The position numbers and the translations under genes were made by a program. Below are positions 9,834-19,503 of a stretch of DNA of 64,000 bases, piece after piece. Position 1 is the first letter of the stretch. The number at the start of each line of letters is the position of its first letter. The notes under the pieces are model-generated. The model had not been told where the DNA came from. It saw only the letters and a program-made list of their open reading frames with translations, and searched no databases. Source of the stretch: Candidatus Marinacidobacterium sp. (GTDB lineage: Bacteria > Acidobacteriota > Vicinamibacteria > Marinacidobacterales > Marinacidobacteraceae); assembly GCA_965220965.1 (NCBI GenBank), contig OZ244852.1:544001-608000 (forward strand). Direction: 5' to 3'.

Positions 9834-10928
9834 GAGTCCGTCGAGCAGACGGACGACTGCGCCCAGGCTTTCGGACCAGGTGGGGTGGGCGCGGTGGCGG
9901 AGCGCCGCGGCCACCCCCATCGCGCCGAGGCGGTCGCGGTCGGCCGCGAGACCATCGAGGCGCGCGCTCAGCAGCCCGACGGCGGTGGGGTCGTCCGGTG
10001 GAACCAGGAAGCCGGTCCGGCCCTCCTCCACCAGCTCCACCGCGCCCCCGCGTCCGGCGGCCAGCGCGGGAAGTCCGAAGGCGAACCCCTCCAGGTAGAC
10101 CATCCCGAAGCCCTCATGCGTCGATGGGACGGCCAGCAACTGGCTGTCCCGCAGCAGCGCCGCGAGCCGGTTCGCCGCGAGAGGACCCTGGAAGGAAATC
10201 CGGCCAGCGAGATCCGGGCGGCGCGCCCGGGCCCGGACCCGCGCCGCATGGGCTGGATCGGCGTCCTCGCGCCCGGCCACCGCGAGGCGCCAGTCCCGAA
10301 CCTTCGCCAACGCTTCGAGGAGCTCGAGGAGCCGCTTGCGGGGGATCAGGTTCCCGACGAAGGCGACCTGGAGGCGGCGGTGGGCGCGGGCGCGGATCTC
10401 TCCTGGTCGGGGGCGGTCGTCGGGCAGCGGACTCCCGCCGAGCCGGTCGCGCCCCGGGGGCGCGATCGCGCAGGGCGGTCTCGCCCCGATGAGGCGCATC
10501 GCCGCCTCCACGGTGGCGCGGCTCGGACAAACGAGGGCGTCCACCGTGCGGAGATAGGCGGTCTCGCTTGCCCGGAGCCGCCTGCGTTCGTCGGCGCTCC
10601 GTTCCGGTTCGTCGCTCGCCAGGTGATGGACGAGGGCCACGATCGCGGGTCGCGGCGACCGGCTCGCCAGCGCGCGGTTCGCGGCCGCGAACTCCCGGTG
10701 GAGCAGTTCGTCCTGGATGACGACGGCTGCGCCCGCCGCTTCCGCCGCGCCCGGAGCCTCGCCCGGCGCGACAGCGTGGACGGTGACCGGGCGCCCCTGG
10801 CCCCGCAGGTGAGCCACCAGCTCGCGGTCGTAGAGGTTCCCGCCGGTGATCCGGTCGAGCGGCGGACCCCAGAAGGCGACCTGCCGGGCCGCGGGATAAT
10901 CCGGGGTCGCGGCCGGGTCTTCGCTCAA
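9819..10928 (-). CDS. Glycosyltransferase family 4 (GT-B)
   Basis: TGGNLYD N-terminal motif, VGNLIPRK, PSTHEGFGMVYLEG (Ex7E). Start uncertain (TTG 10928 or ATG 10976). Confidence 0.85.
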   Translation of the reverse strand: MSEDPAATPDYPAARQVAFWGPPLDRITGGNLYDRELVAHLRGQGRPVTVHAVAPGEAPGAAEAAGAAVVIQDELLHREFAAANRALASRSPRPAIVALVHHLASDEPERSADERRRLRASETAYLRTVDALVCPSRATVEAAMRLIGARPPCAIAPPGRDRLGGSPLPDDRPRPGEIRARAHRRLQVAFVGNLIPRKRLLELLEALAKVRDWRLAVAGREDADPAHAARVRARARRPDLAGRISFQGPLAANRLAALLRDSQLLAVPSTHEGFGMVYLEGFAFGLPALAAGRGGAVELVEEGRTGFLVPPDDPTAVGLLSARLDGLAADRDRLGAMGVAAALRHRAHPTWSESLGAVVRLLDGLSVVG

Positions 10929-10974
10929 CGCTTCGCCCCCGAGACGTCCCTTACCGGCCTCAGGATGTGACTTC

Positions 10975-12549
10975 ATGATGACCGATCCAGCCTCCCGGAG
11001 GCGCTTTCCCCGATCCGCTCTCCTGTGCCTCCTGGCGCTGGCCGGCGTCGCGTCCGCCCAGGACGATGGGGCCGTCCCCGAAGCGGAACCGGACCGCGCC
11101 GTGACCACCCGCCACGAGGTCACCGTGGGCGGGGTTCGACACACTTATACGGCGACGGCGGGGACGCTTCCGATCCGGCTCGACGGGGATGACGAAGAGG
11201 CGCAGGGCGAGATCTTCTACATCGCCTACCGGCTCGATGGGGACCATGCGCCGGAGGACCGCCCGCTGACCTTCTCGTTCAACGGCGGCCCGGGCTCTTC
11301 GTCGGTCTGGCTTCACCTCGGAGCGCTCGGGCCGCGGCGCGTCCGGATGCTGGCCGACGGCGGTCTGCCGGCTCCGCCGTACGAGTTGGTGGACAACGAG
11401 TTCTCCTGGCTCGACCTCACCGATCTGGTGTTCATCGACCCGGTCGGCACCGGGTTCAGCCGCCCGACGACCGAGGAGGATGGCGTCCGGTTCTGGGGAC
11501 TTCAGCAGGACATCCGGTCGGTGGGCGAGTTCGTTCGGCTCTACCTGACCCGGACGGAGCGCTGGGCTTCTCCTCTCTACGTCGTGGGGGAGAGCTACGG
11601 CACGACCCGCGCCGCCGGCCTCGCCGGCTACCTGGTGAATCGCTCCGGCATCGCGTTCAACGGAGTCATGCTGGTGTCCACGGTCCTGAACTTCCAGGGG
11701 AGCCGCTTTCGCGAGGGCAACGATCTGCCCTACCTGACCTTCTTCCCCACCTACGTCGCCACCGCCTGGTACCACGGCGCCCTGCGCGACGAGTGGGAGA
11801 GTCTCGAGGCGCTGCTCGCCGAGGCCCGCGAATGGGCCTACGAGACCTACTGGCCGGCGCTGGCGCGCGGGGACACGCTGTCTGCGGAGGAGCGCTCGCA
11901 GGTGGTCGATGACCTCGCCCGCTTCACCGGGCTCGCCCCCGGGTATCTGGAAGACACCGATCTCAGGATCGACGCCGGGCGCTTCCGCAAGGAACTGCTC
12001 CGGGACCGGGGCCGGACGGTGGGGCGGCTCGACAGCCGCTTCCTGGGTCGTGACCGGGATGACGCCGGGGAGACCTACGAGTACGACCCCAGCATGGTCG
12101 CCATCCGCCCGCCATACACCGCCGCCTTCAACGACTACGTTCGGCGGGAACTCGGATACGAGGACGAAAAGCACTACTGGATCCTCGGCGGCGGGATCGG
12201 CCGCTGGGACTTCGGGCTGCAGAACGGGTTCGCGGAAACCCAGAGCGCGCTGCGCGACGCCATGCTCAGGAACCCCTACATGAAGGTGTTCGTGGCGTCC
12301 GGCTACTACGACATGGCGACGCCGTTCTTTGGCGCGGAATACACGATGAACCACCTGGGCGTTCCGGGAGAACTGCGCGAGAACATCACGATCGCCGAAT
12401 ACGAATCCGGACACATGATGTATATCGACGAGCCGTCCCTCGCAAAGTTCAAGGAGGATGTCGCGGCGTTCTACGCGGCCAGCGAGGGGGCGGGGGCCCC
12501 CTCGACCGATCTGATCGTTCCCGGACCGAAGCCGGGAGGCCTCCAGTGA
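10975..12549 (+). CDS. Serine carboxypeptidase, peptidase S10 family
   Basis: Signal peptide; FNGGPGSSS, IDPVGTGFS, GESYG nucleophile, GYYD and GHM motifs. Confidence 0.92.
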   Translation: MMTDPASRRRFPRSALLCLLALAGVASAQDDGAVPEAEPDRAVTTRHEVTVGGVRHTYTATAGTLPIRLDGDDEEAQGEIFYIAYRLDGDHAPEDRPLTFSFNGGPGSSSVWLHLGALGPRRVRMLADGGLPAPPYELVDNEFSWLDLTDLVFIDPVGTGFSRPTTEEDGVRFWGLQQDIRSVGEFVRLYLTRTERWASPLYVVGESYGTTRAAGLAGYLVNRSGIAFNGVMLVSTVLNFQGSRFREGNDLPYLTFFPTYVATAWYHGALRDEWESLEALLAEAREWAYETYWPALARGDTLSAEERSQVVDDLARFTGLAPGYLEDTDLRIDAGRFRKELLRDRGRTVGRLDSRFLGRDRDDAGETYEYDPSMVAIRPPYTAAFNDYVRRELGYEDEKHYWILGGGIGRWDFGLQNGFAETQSALRDAMLRNPYMKVFVASGYYDMATPFFGAEYTMNHLGVPGELRENITIAEYESGHMMYIDEPSLAKFKEDVAAFYAASEGAGAPSTDLIVPGPKPGGLQ

Positions 12550-13940
12550 CGGGCGCCGCCGCCCGGTGGGCGGCCGTTTCGTGCGCGCTGCTGGCCGCGG
12601 CCGGCTGCGGCCGCGACCCGACGGTTCCCGGAGCTGACCTGGCGATCGTCGGCGCCACCGTCCTGCCGATGGACAGCGAGCGCGCGCTTCCGGATCACAC
12701 CGTCATCGTGCTCGATGGACGGATCGTCGCCGTCGCCCCGACGGCCGAAGTCGTTCTGGATGCGGACACCGAGGTGGTCCCCGGGGAGGGCCGGTTCCTG
12801 ATCCCCGGCCTCGCCGAAATGCATGGCCACCTGCCCGGAGCGAACAGCCCGGCCGAACTCACCGAAGATGTCCTGTTCCTCTATGTCGCGAACGGGGTCA
12901 CCACCGTGCGCGGCATGCAGGGCCACCCCAGCCAGCTCGAGCTTCGTGACCGGATCGCCGCCGGGGACCTCCTCGGACCGCGCCTGATCGTGAGCAGCCC
13001 GTCGATGAGCGGCCGGATCGAGACCCCGGAAGAGGCCCGCGCGCTGGTCGCCGAATACGCCGCAGCCGGTTACGAACTCATCAAGGTCCACGAGGGTTTC
13101 CGGCCCGCCACCTTCGAGGCCCTCGCCGCCACCGCCCGGGAGATCGGGATCCCGTTCGCCGGTCACGTGGCGGACGAGGTCGGGCTCTTCGCCGCGCTCG
13201 ACGCCGGCATCGACACCGTGGACCACCTCGACAACTTCGTGGAAGCGCTGCTCTCTGAGGAGGACCGCGACGGGATGGAGGCGCTCCGCGGCATCGCCGG
13301 CCTCTCGACCCGGGTGGACGAGAGCCGCATCCCGGGCCTCGTCGAGGCGGTCGTGGCCAGCGGGGCAGGCGTCGCGCCCACGATGGTGCTCTGGGAGTCG
13401 GGCATCCTTCCCACCCGACCCTCGGCGGACCTGCTCGCCGAGCGGCCGGAGACCCGCTACATGCCGCGGGAGACCGTGGCGCGCTGGATCGAGGCGGTGG
13501 ACTCCGGCCTCGAGCGCCTCGGCGCCGAAAACACCGCGCGCATTGCGGCGCTCCGCCGCGAGATCCTCGCCGCGCTCCACGAGGGTGGCGCGACGATCCT
13601 CCTCGGCACGGACTCGCCGCAGATCTTCTCGGTTCCGGGATTCTCGATTCACGCGGAAGCGGCCTCCTACGTCGAGGCGGGCCTGTCGCCGTTCGAAGTC
13701 CTTTACTCGGGAACGCGCGCCGTCGCCGAACACGCCTCCCGCTACGGGCTGGCGGACGACTTCGGCGGGATCGCCCCCGGCCAGCGCGCCGACCTCATCC
13801 TCCTCGAGGAGAACCCGCTCGACGACATCGCGGCCACCCGTTCCATCGCGGCCGTCGTGGCGGGGGGGCGGCTCCTGCTCAGGGCCGACATCGACGGGCG
13901 GCTCGAAGCGATCGCCGCCCGCCGCGCCGGGGAAGAGTAG
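12546..13940 (+). CDS. Amidohydrolase family lipoprotein
   Basis: LAAAGC lipobox, PGLAEMHGH (HxH), IKVH, GTD and G.IAPG.RADL motifs. Confidence 0.85.
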   Translation: MTGAAARWAAVSCALLAAAGCGRDPTVPGADLAIVGATVLPMDSERALPDHTVIVLDGRIVAVAPTAEVVLDADTEVVPGEGRFLIPGLAEMHGHLPGANSPAELTEDVLFLYVANGVTTVRGMQGHPSQLELRDRIAAGDLLGPRLIVSSPSMSGRIETPEEARALVAEYAAAGYELIKVHEGFRPATFEALAATAREIGIPFAGHVADEVGLFAALDAGIDTVDHLDNFVEALLSEEDRDGMEALRGIAGLSTRVDESRIPGLVEAVVASGAGVAPTMVLWESGILPTRPSADLLAERPETRYMPRETVARWIEAVDSGLERLGAENTARIAALRREILAALHEGGATILLGTDSPQIFSVPGFSIHAEAASYVEAGLSPFEVLYSGTRAVAEHASRYGLADDFGGIAPGQRADLILLEENPLDDIAATRSIAAVVAGGRLLLRADIDGRLEAIAARRAGEE

Positions 13941-13959
13941 GGGCCGGAGGCCTCTCCGC

Positions 13960-16900
13960 TCAGCGAGGCCGGGGGACGCCGGCGGCGTCCGCTCCGGCCT
14001 CCACGGCGTCCAGTTCGTCGAGGAGCCGCTCCAGCTCGGCGGTCGCCGCGGGCAGCTCCTCCCCCACGATCTCCGCCTGGCGGCGGTGGGTGGTCGTCGG
14101 GTCCGCGGTGGACCAGAAAGCGCCCACGACCCGCTGGATCCGGTCGCGAAGCCCCGGGAGAACGGCCTCCCGCCGCGCGCGCACCGTGTCGTCGCCGAGG
14201 AACGCCATGCGGAGCTCGAGCAGCCCGGCGCGGACTGCGGAGACCCGCGCGCGAAGGTCGCCCTCGGCGGCCGAGGCGTCGAGCGCCGACCCGAGCGCCC
14301 GGGCCCGCTCCAGACCGCTCTCGAGCCGGGCGACCGCGCCGAAGACCCGGCGCTGCAGATCGGCGACTTCGGTCTGGAACGCGTGGAGTTCGGCGGGGTC
14401 GGCGAGCGGGGCGTCCGCGGCCGCCAGCCGCCTTGGCGTGAAGGGACGGGCTTCGCCGAGTTGCTCGGTTTCACCCCGCACTCGCCTGACCAGCGAGGCG
14501 GTGTAGGTCCCGGGCATCGCCAGCGGGCCGCCGCGGGCGCCGCCCGGGTTCGGGTGGCGCAGATCCCACGCGACCCGGTGGATTCCGGCGGTCTTCGGCG
14601 CCGGGATCCGACGGATGAGCCGTCCGGCGTCGTCGCGGATCACTACGAACAGCGCCGGTTCCTCTTCGCGATCCTCGGCGCGGAACTCGTCCCACGAGGG
14701 GTAGCGCAGCGGCTCTCCGGCGGCCGCCTGCTCCCGTTCGCGCGCCCGGCGCGTCTCGCGGAGGCTTCGCACCGGCGCCCGCAGGTGGTAGGTCACCACC
14801 GCTCCGAAGGGCGGATTCGGGGCGGTGAAGAAGGCGTCGCCGCGCTGCGCCTTCTCGCCGCCTCCGAGGGGGTTCGCCTCGATGTACATCCAGGGGTCCT
14901 TCACCGGGAAGACGAACCCCTCCGCCGCGAGCGCGTCTGCGGTCAGATGACGCAGCGGCGTGTAGTCGTCGAGGATGAAGAAGCCGCGCCCGAACGACGC
15001 CGCGATCAGGTCGTTCTCGCGCGTCTGGATCTCCAGATCCCGGATGGCGATCGTGGGGATGCCGCCGCGGAGCCGGACCCAGCGCCCGCCGCCGTCCAGC
15101 GTCACGAAGAGGCCGAACTCCGTGCCCACGAAGAGCAGGCCTTCGCGCTCGTGGTCCTCGTAGATGACCCACGTCGGCTGGTCGCCCGGAAGGTCGCCGG
15201 TGATGTCGGTCCAGGTGACGCCCCGGTCGTCGCTGCGCCTGACGTAGGGGGCGAAGTCGCCCTCCTTGTGGTTGTTGAAGACCGCGTAGACGGTGTCTTC
15301 CCGATGCCGGGAAGCGTGGAGGTCCGCCACGTAGGTGCGCGGCGGGACGCCGGGAACCTCGTCCACCGCCCTCCACTCGAGGCCGCCGTCGCCGCTGATC
15401 TGGATCCGGCCGTCGTCCATGCCGGTGTAGAGCAGGCCCTCGACCAGGGGCGACTCGTCGAGCGCCACCATGTTTCCGTAAGTCGAAGTAAAGACGTTGC
15501 GCCAGACGGCGTCGGCGCTCCAGGTGCGGCCCATCACGGTTCGCTCGGCGCGATCGATCCCCCGGGTCAGATCCCCGCTGATCGGGGTCCAGGTGTTCGC
15601 GCGGTCCTCGCTCCGGTAGAGCCGGTTCGCCCCGAAGTAGAGGCGGCGTCCATTGTGTGGGGAAATGAGGAGCGGCGCGTCCCAGTTCCACTTGAGTGGA
15701 GGATCGTCGGGCTCCGGCTGGGGCTGGATCTCGAGCCGCTCCCCGGTGCGGCGGTCGAAGCGGGCGATTCCGGCGTACTGGAACTGGGCGTACACGATGT
15801 TGGGGTCCTCGGGATCCACCCGCGCCTGGAAGCCGTCGCCGCCGATGACGTTGAGCCAGTCGCTGTTCCGGATGCCGTGGACGTTCCGTGTCCGCACCGG
15901 GCCTCCGAGCGTGGCGTTGTCCTGCGTGCCTCCGTAGACGCGGTAGAACGGGACGTCGTTGTCGATGCCCACCCGGTAGAACTGGGTGATCGACTGGTTC
16001 GCGTGGAACATCCAGTGATCTCCCTGGTCCCAGCTCTCGTAGAGGCCTCCGTCGGTCGCCATCATCAGGTAGTCGGGGTCGTCCGGGTCGAAGTCGAGGT
16101 CGTGGTTGTCCACGTGCTTCCACCGGGTGTTGAGCCCGCGCCAGGTGGCGCCGCCGTCGTCGGTCACCTGGACGACGACATCCATGGAGTAGACCCGCCC
16201 CGGGCGGTGCGGGTCGGGAAAGATCTCCATGTAGTACTGCGGGTCCACGCAGATGTAGTCGCTGCGCTTCTCCCAACTCTCGCCCCGGTCGGTCGAGCGG
16301 TAGAACCCGCTGGCGTCGTCGGAAGCGGCGATCAGCGCGTAGACGGTGTCGGGATTCTCGGGAGCGAGCGCGAGGCCGATCCGGCCGATGTCGTGGCGGT
16401 CGGGGGAGGGAAGGCCCCGGCTGAGCTGGCGCCAGGTGTCGCCGCCGTCCTCGGATTTGTGGATGCCGCCCTCGGGTCCGCCCGCCACGAGGAGACCGAC
16501 GTGCCGGCGCCGCTGCCAGGTGGCGGCGTACACGATGTCCGGGTCGCGGGGATCGACGACCACGTCGGTGATGCCGGTGTCCTCCGAGATGTGGAGCACG
16601 CGCTCCCAGGTGGCGCCGTCATCCCGGGACCGGTAGAGCCCGCGGTCTCCCCCGGAGCGCCAGAGCGGACCCTGCGCCGCCACGAACACGGTGTCGGAGT
16701 CGGTGGGGTCGAAGACGATCTTCCCGATGTGCTCCGACTCGTCCAGCCCGAGATGCTGGAAGGAGTCGCCGCCGTCGCGGCTGCGCCAGACGCCGTTCCC
16801 CCAGCCGACCGAGCGCTGCCCGTTGTTTTCGCCGGTTCCCAGCCAGATTTCGTTCGGGTTCTCGGGGTCGATGGCCACCGTCCCCACCGAGTAGACCGGG

Positions 16901-17184
16901 TAGTTGTCGAAGATCGGCTCCCACGTCGTCCCCCGATTCCGCGTGCGAAACGCGTTCCCGGAGGCGATCGCGACATACCAGGTCGCGCGGTCCTCGGGGT
17001 GGATCGCAACGTCGGAGATGCGGCCGGAGCGGGCGGCGGGGCCGATGCCGCGAAGCTCGAGCCCCGAGAGAAGGCGCTCGTCGATGGCGGGCGCCTCGTT
17101 CTGCGCCGCGGCGAACGGCGCGAGAAGGACGGCCGCGGCCGTCAGCAGCAGTGTCTGGTGTGTTCGGGTCATGGGGCCGGGCAT
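13960..17184 (-). CDS. VPS10/sortilin-like BNR-repeat beta-propeller glycosyl hydrolase
   Basis: Signal peptide, GPAARSGRI, about 10 S/TxDxGxTW Asp-box repeats, GGTQDN. Start ATG 17184 or 17172. Confidence 0.88.
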   Translation of the reverse strand: MPGPMTRTHQTLLLTAAAVLLAPFAAAQNEAPAIDERLLSGLELRGIGPAARSGRISDVAIHPEDRATWYVAIASGNAFRTRNRGTTWEPIFDNYPVYSVGTVAIDPENPNEIWLGTGENNGQRSVGWGNGVWRSRDGGDSFQHLGLDESEHIGKIVFDPTDSDTVFVAAQGPLWRSGGDRGLYRSRDDGATWERVLHISEDTGITDVVVDPRDPDIVYAATWQRRRHVGLLVAGGPEGGIHKSEDGGDTWRQLSRGLPSPDRHDIGRIGLALAPENPDTVYALIAASDDASGFYRSTDRGESWEKRSDYICVDPQYYMEIFPDPHRPGRVYSMDVVVQVTDDGGATWRGLNTRWKHVDNHDLDFDPDDPDYLMMATDGGLYESWDQGDHWMFHANQSITQFYRVGIDNDVPFYRVYGGTQDNATLGGPVRTRNVHGIRNSDWLNVIGGDGFQARVDPEDPNIVYAQFQYAGIARFDRRTGERLEIQPQPEPDDPPLKWNWDAPLLISPHNGRRLYFGANRLYRSEDRANTWTPISGDLTRGIDRAERTVMGRTWSADAVWRNVFTSTYGNMVALDESPLVEGLLYTGMDDGRIQISGDGGLEWRAVDEVPGVPPRTYVADLHASRHREDTVYAVFNNHKEGDFAPYVRRSDDRGVTWTDITGDLPGDQPTWVIYEDHEREGLLFVGTEFGLFVTLDGGGRWVRLRGGIPTIAIRDLEIQTRENDLIAASFGRGFFILDDYTPLRHLTADALAAEGFVFPVKDPWMYIEANPLGGGEKAQRGDAFFTAPNPPFGAVVTYHLRAPVRSLRETRRAREREQAAAGEPLRYPSWDEFRAEDREEEPALFVVIRDDAGRLIRRIPAPKTAGIHRVAWDLRHPNPGGARGGPLAMPGTYTASLVRRVRGETEQLGEARPFTPRRLAAADAPLADPAELHAFQTEVADLQRRVFGAVARLESGLERARALGSALDASAAEGDLRARVSAVRAGLLELRMAFLGDDTVRARREAVLPGLRDRIQRVVGAFWSTADPTTTHRRQAEIVGEELPAATAELERLLDELDAVEAGADAAGVPRPR

Positions 17185-17188
17185 CAGC

Positions 17189-18100
17189 TCAGTCGGTGAG
17201 CGTGGAGACGTGGGCGGCGGCGGCGCGGGCCTGGCCATCCACGTTGTAGCCGCCTTCCAGAAGCGAGACGAGCCGGCCGCCGCAGTAGTGGTCGGCCACA
17301 TCCATGAGCGTGCGGGTCATCCGGATGAAGGCGTCGTCGGTAACCTCGAAGGAGCCAAGAAGGTCCTCGCGGCGGCTGTCGAAGCCCGCCGAGATGATCA
17401 CGAAGTCGGGCCGGAAGCGCTCCACCGCCGGAAGCAGGGTCCGGTCCCACGCGGTCAGCATGTCCCGGTCGGTGGAACCCGGGCCCAGATGGACGTTCAG
17501 GTTCGTCCCCGAGCCGTCGCGGGCGCCCCGGAGCGACGGGTCGCCGGTCCCGGGATAGTCGTACCAGTTGTGCGTCGAGAAGAAGAGGACGTCGGGGTCC
17601 TCGTAGAAGGCGTTCTGGGTGGCGTTGCCGTGGTGGTAGTCCCAGTCCACGATGAGGATCCGCTGGTGGCCGTGGACCCGCTGGGCGTAGCGCGCCGCCA
17701 CCGCGGCGTTCGAGTAGAAGCAGAAGCCCTCCTCGGCCCCGGTGTTGTTGGCGTGATGTCCGGGGGGACGCACGGCGCAGAACGCGTTCCGGAGGCGGCC
17801 GGCGGAGACCTCGCGGACCGCGGCGAGCGCGCCTCCCACCGCGAGTTCGGCGACTTCGCCGGTGACCGGGATCCGCTTGATCCGATCCACGTGTTCGCGG
17901 GTGTGGTGGGAGAGCAGGGCGGCGAGCGGGTCGGGCCAGTCGGTCACCGGAACGAGGACCGGCAGAAGGCCGGCGGCGTCGAGCGCCTCGCGGATCTTCA
18001 CCAGCCGCGCCGGCGACTCGGGATGACCCTGGCGGATGTTGTGCCGCAGGAAGGTGTCGCGGTAGACGAGGCCGGTGCCGGTGGGAGCGTTCTCGGACAT
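17189..18100 (-). CDS. Histone deacetylase / acetylpolyamine amidohydrolase family
   Basis: HPESPARL, RPPGHHA, GFC, DWDYHHGNATQ, SAGFD and LEGGY motifs. Confidence 0.92.
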   Translation of the reverse strand: MSENAPTGTGLVYRDTFLRHNIRQGHPESPARLVKIREALDAAGLLPVLVPVTDWPDPLAALLSHHTREHVDRIKRIPVTGEVAELAVGGALAAVREVSAGRLRNAFCAVRPPGHHANNTGAEEGFCFYSNAAVAARYAQRVHGHQRILIVDWDYHHGNATQNAFYEDPDVLFFSTHNWYDYPGTGDPSLRGARDGSGTNLNVHLGPGSTDRDMLTAWDRTLLPAVERFRPDFVIISAGFDSRREDLLGSFEVTDDAFIRMTRTLMDVADHYCGGRLVSLLEGGYNVDGQARAAAAHVSTLTD

Positions 18101-18192
18101 GGCTCCAAAGATACCGGAGCGGTCGGCGCGGTGACCGCTTCGCGCGCCCCGCTACTCTCCGCAAGCGGTTCGAGCGCCGTCCACGTTCCCTG

Positions 18193-18843
18193 ATGCCCCA
18201 CCACCGAGACCATGCCCACGACCCGGGAAAGCGTCCGTGGTGGAAGGCCTGGCGCGCCACGGCGGCGATCGGCTACTCGATCCGGCATTTCACCGGAGCG
18301 TGGAACGCCGCGGTGGTGGCGCGGGTCGGGATCCGGCCGGGGGACCGGGTCGTGGACATCGGCTGCGGACCGGGGGAGTCCTCCGCGCTGGCGGCGCGGG
18401 CGGCGGCGGGCGTTCGGGTCGTCGCGGTGGATCCGGCGTGGCCGTTCCGGCTGACGACCCGGCTCCGGTCGCTCGGGACGCCCGCCGCCCTACGGGTGAA
18501 GCGCGGCGCCGCCGAGCGGCTTCCGGTCGCCGCCGGGTGGGCGACGCTCGTGCTGTCGGTGAACGCCTTCCACCACTGGGCCGACCCGCGCGGGGAGCTC
18601 GCCGAGGCGCGTCGGGTGCTGGCTCCCGGGGGAAGGCTCGCGCTCGTGGATGAGGACTTCCCTCCGGACCACCGCCACACCCGGTTTCACCGCGAGCGCG
18701 ACGGGGCGGACCCGGTCCACGCCGGGAGCCCGGAGGTGAGCGAGTGGCTTTCGGAACTCGGCTTCGTCGACGTGGCGCTCGAGCCTCTCGAGGACGCCGA
18801 GGGAACCCCCCATCACCTGCTGACCGCGAACGCTCCGACGTAG
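18193..18843 (+). CDS. Class I SAM-dependent methyltransferase
   Basis: VVDIGCGPG motif I, AERLP, FHHWAD and RVLAPGG motifs. Confidence 0.85.
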   Translation: MPHHRDHAHDPGKRPWWKAWRATAAIGYSIRHFTGAWNAAVVARVGIRPGDRVVDIGCGPGESSALAARAAAGVRVVAVDPAWPFRLTTRLRSLGTPAALRVKRGAAERLPVAAGWATLVLSVNAFHHWADPRGELAEARRVLAPGGRLALVDEDFPPDHRHTRFHRERDGADPVHAGSPEVSEWLSELGFVDVALEPLEDAEGTPHHLLTANAPT

Positions 18844-18889
18844 AGCCGCTGCGCCCGAACCGCGATCCGTCGCGCCCGTCGCGAACCGG

Positions 18890-18975
18890 TGGTGCCGAAG
18901 GGGGGACTCGAACCCCCACGGGATTAATCCCATACGCCCCTCAAGCGCACGTGTCTACCATTCCACCACTTCGGC
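18890..18975 (-). tRNA. tRNA-Leu(GAG)
   Basis: Reverse complement GCCGAAGTGGTGGAATGGTAGACACGTGCGCTTGAGGGGCGTATGGGATTAATCCCGTGGGGGTTCGAGTCCCCCCTTCGGCACCA: cloverleaf with long variable arm, GAG anticodon and encoded CCA; classic position after secG. Confidence 0.97.
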
Positions 18976-19029
18976 AAGCGGGGGACGAACCCCCGTAGCG
19001 GGGCTGCGGGAGGTCGCCGGCGGCCCGGA

Positions 19030-19035
19030 ATTATA
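19030..19035 (-). promoter_or_regulatory. Consensus -10 (TATAAT) upstream of tRNA-Leu
   Basis: ATTATA on the + strand in otherwise GC-rich DNA, about 55 nt upstream of the tRNA. Confidence 0.6.
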
Positions 19036-19058
19036 GGCGGGCGGCCGGATTCGTCGGG

Positions 19059-19457
19059 CTAGGACTGGGGTTCTTCGGACCCGGGATCGGGTTCCGCGCC
19101 GCCCTCCGGAGTCGCGCCCTCCGGCGTCGGCTCAAGGCCCGGATCGACGTCCTGGACCCCGCCCGGCTCGGTCTCGGGCGCGCTGATGGGCGCCACGCCG
19201 ATGTCGTCCACCACGGTGCGCTGGCTGTCGTCCGAACCCACATAGCCGAGCAGCAGCGAAGTCACCATGAACGTCGCCGCCGCGCCCGCCGTGATCTTGG
19301 TGAGCAGCGTCGCGGTGCCGCGGGCGCCGAACGCCGCCTGGGTTCCGGCGCCGCCGAAGGCGCTCGCCAGGTCCTGCCCCTTCCCCTGCTGGGTGAGGAC
19401 CACCAGGATGAGGAAGACGCAGATGATGATGTGAACGAGGGTGAGGAGGATCGTCAT
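19059..19457 (-). CDS. secG: Preprotein translocase subunit SecG
   Basis: Two TM helices, LTQQGKG.DLASAFGG, LTKIT; located between tpiA and tRNA-Leu. Confidence 0.95.
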   Translation of the reverse strand: MTILLTLVHIIICVFLILVVLTQQGKGQDLASAFGGAGTQAAFGARGTATLLTKITAGAAATFMVTSLLLGYVGSDDSQRTVVDDIGVAPISAPETEPGGVQDVDPGLEPTPEGATPEGGAEPDPGSEEPQS

Positions 19458-19503
19458 GGGTTCGGGATCGCGGCCCCCTTCTTGGGACTCGGCCGCGGAG
19501 AGT

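Noticed and set aside
13543-17199. 1218-aa plus-strand ORF
   Set aside because: Antisense shadow of the VPS10/BNR gene; stop-poor because of high GC3; no recognisable motifs.
18844-18975. tRNA-Leu as an integration site for a genomic island
   Set aside because: No integrase, no visible duplicated tRNA 3' end, and no compositional shift downstream.
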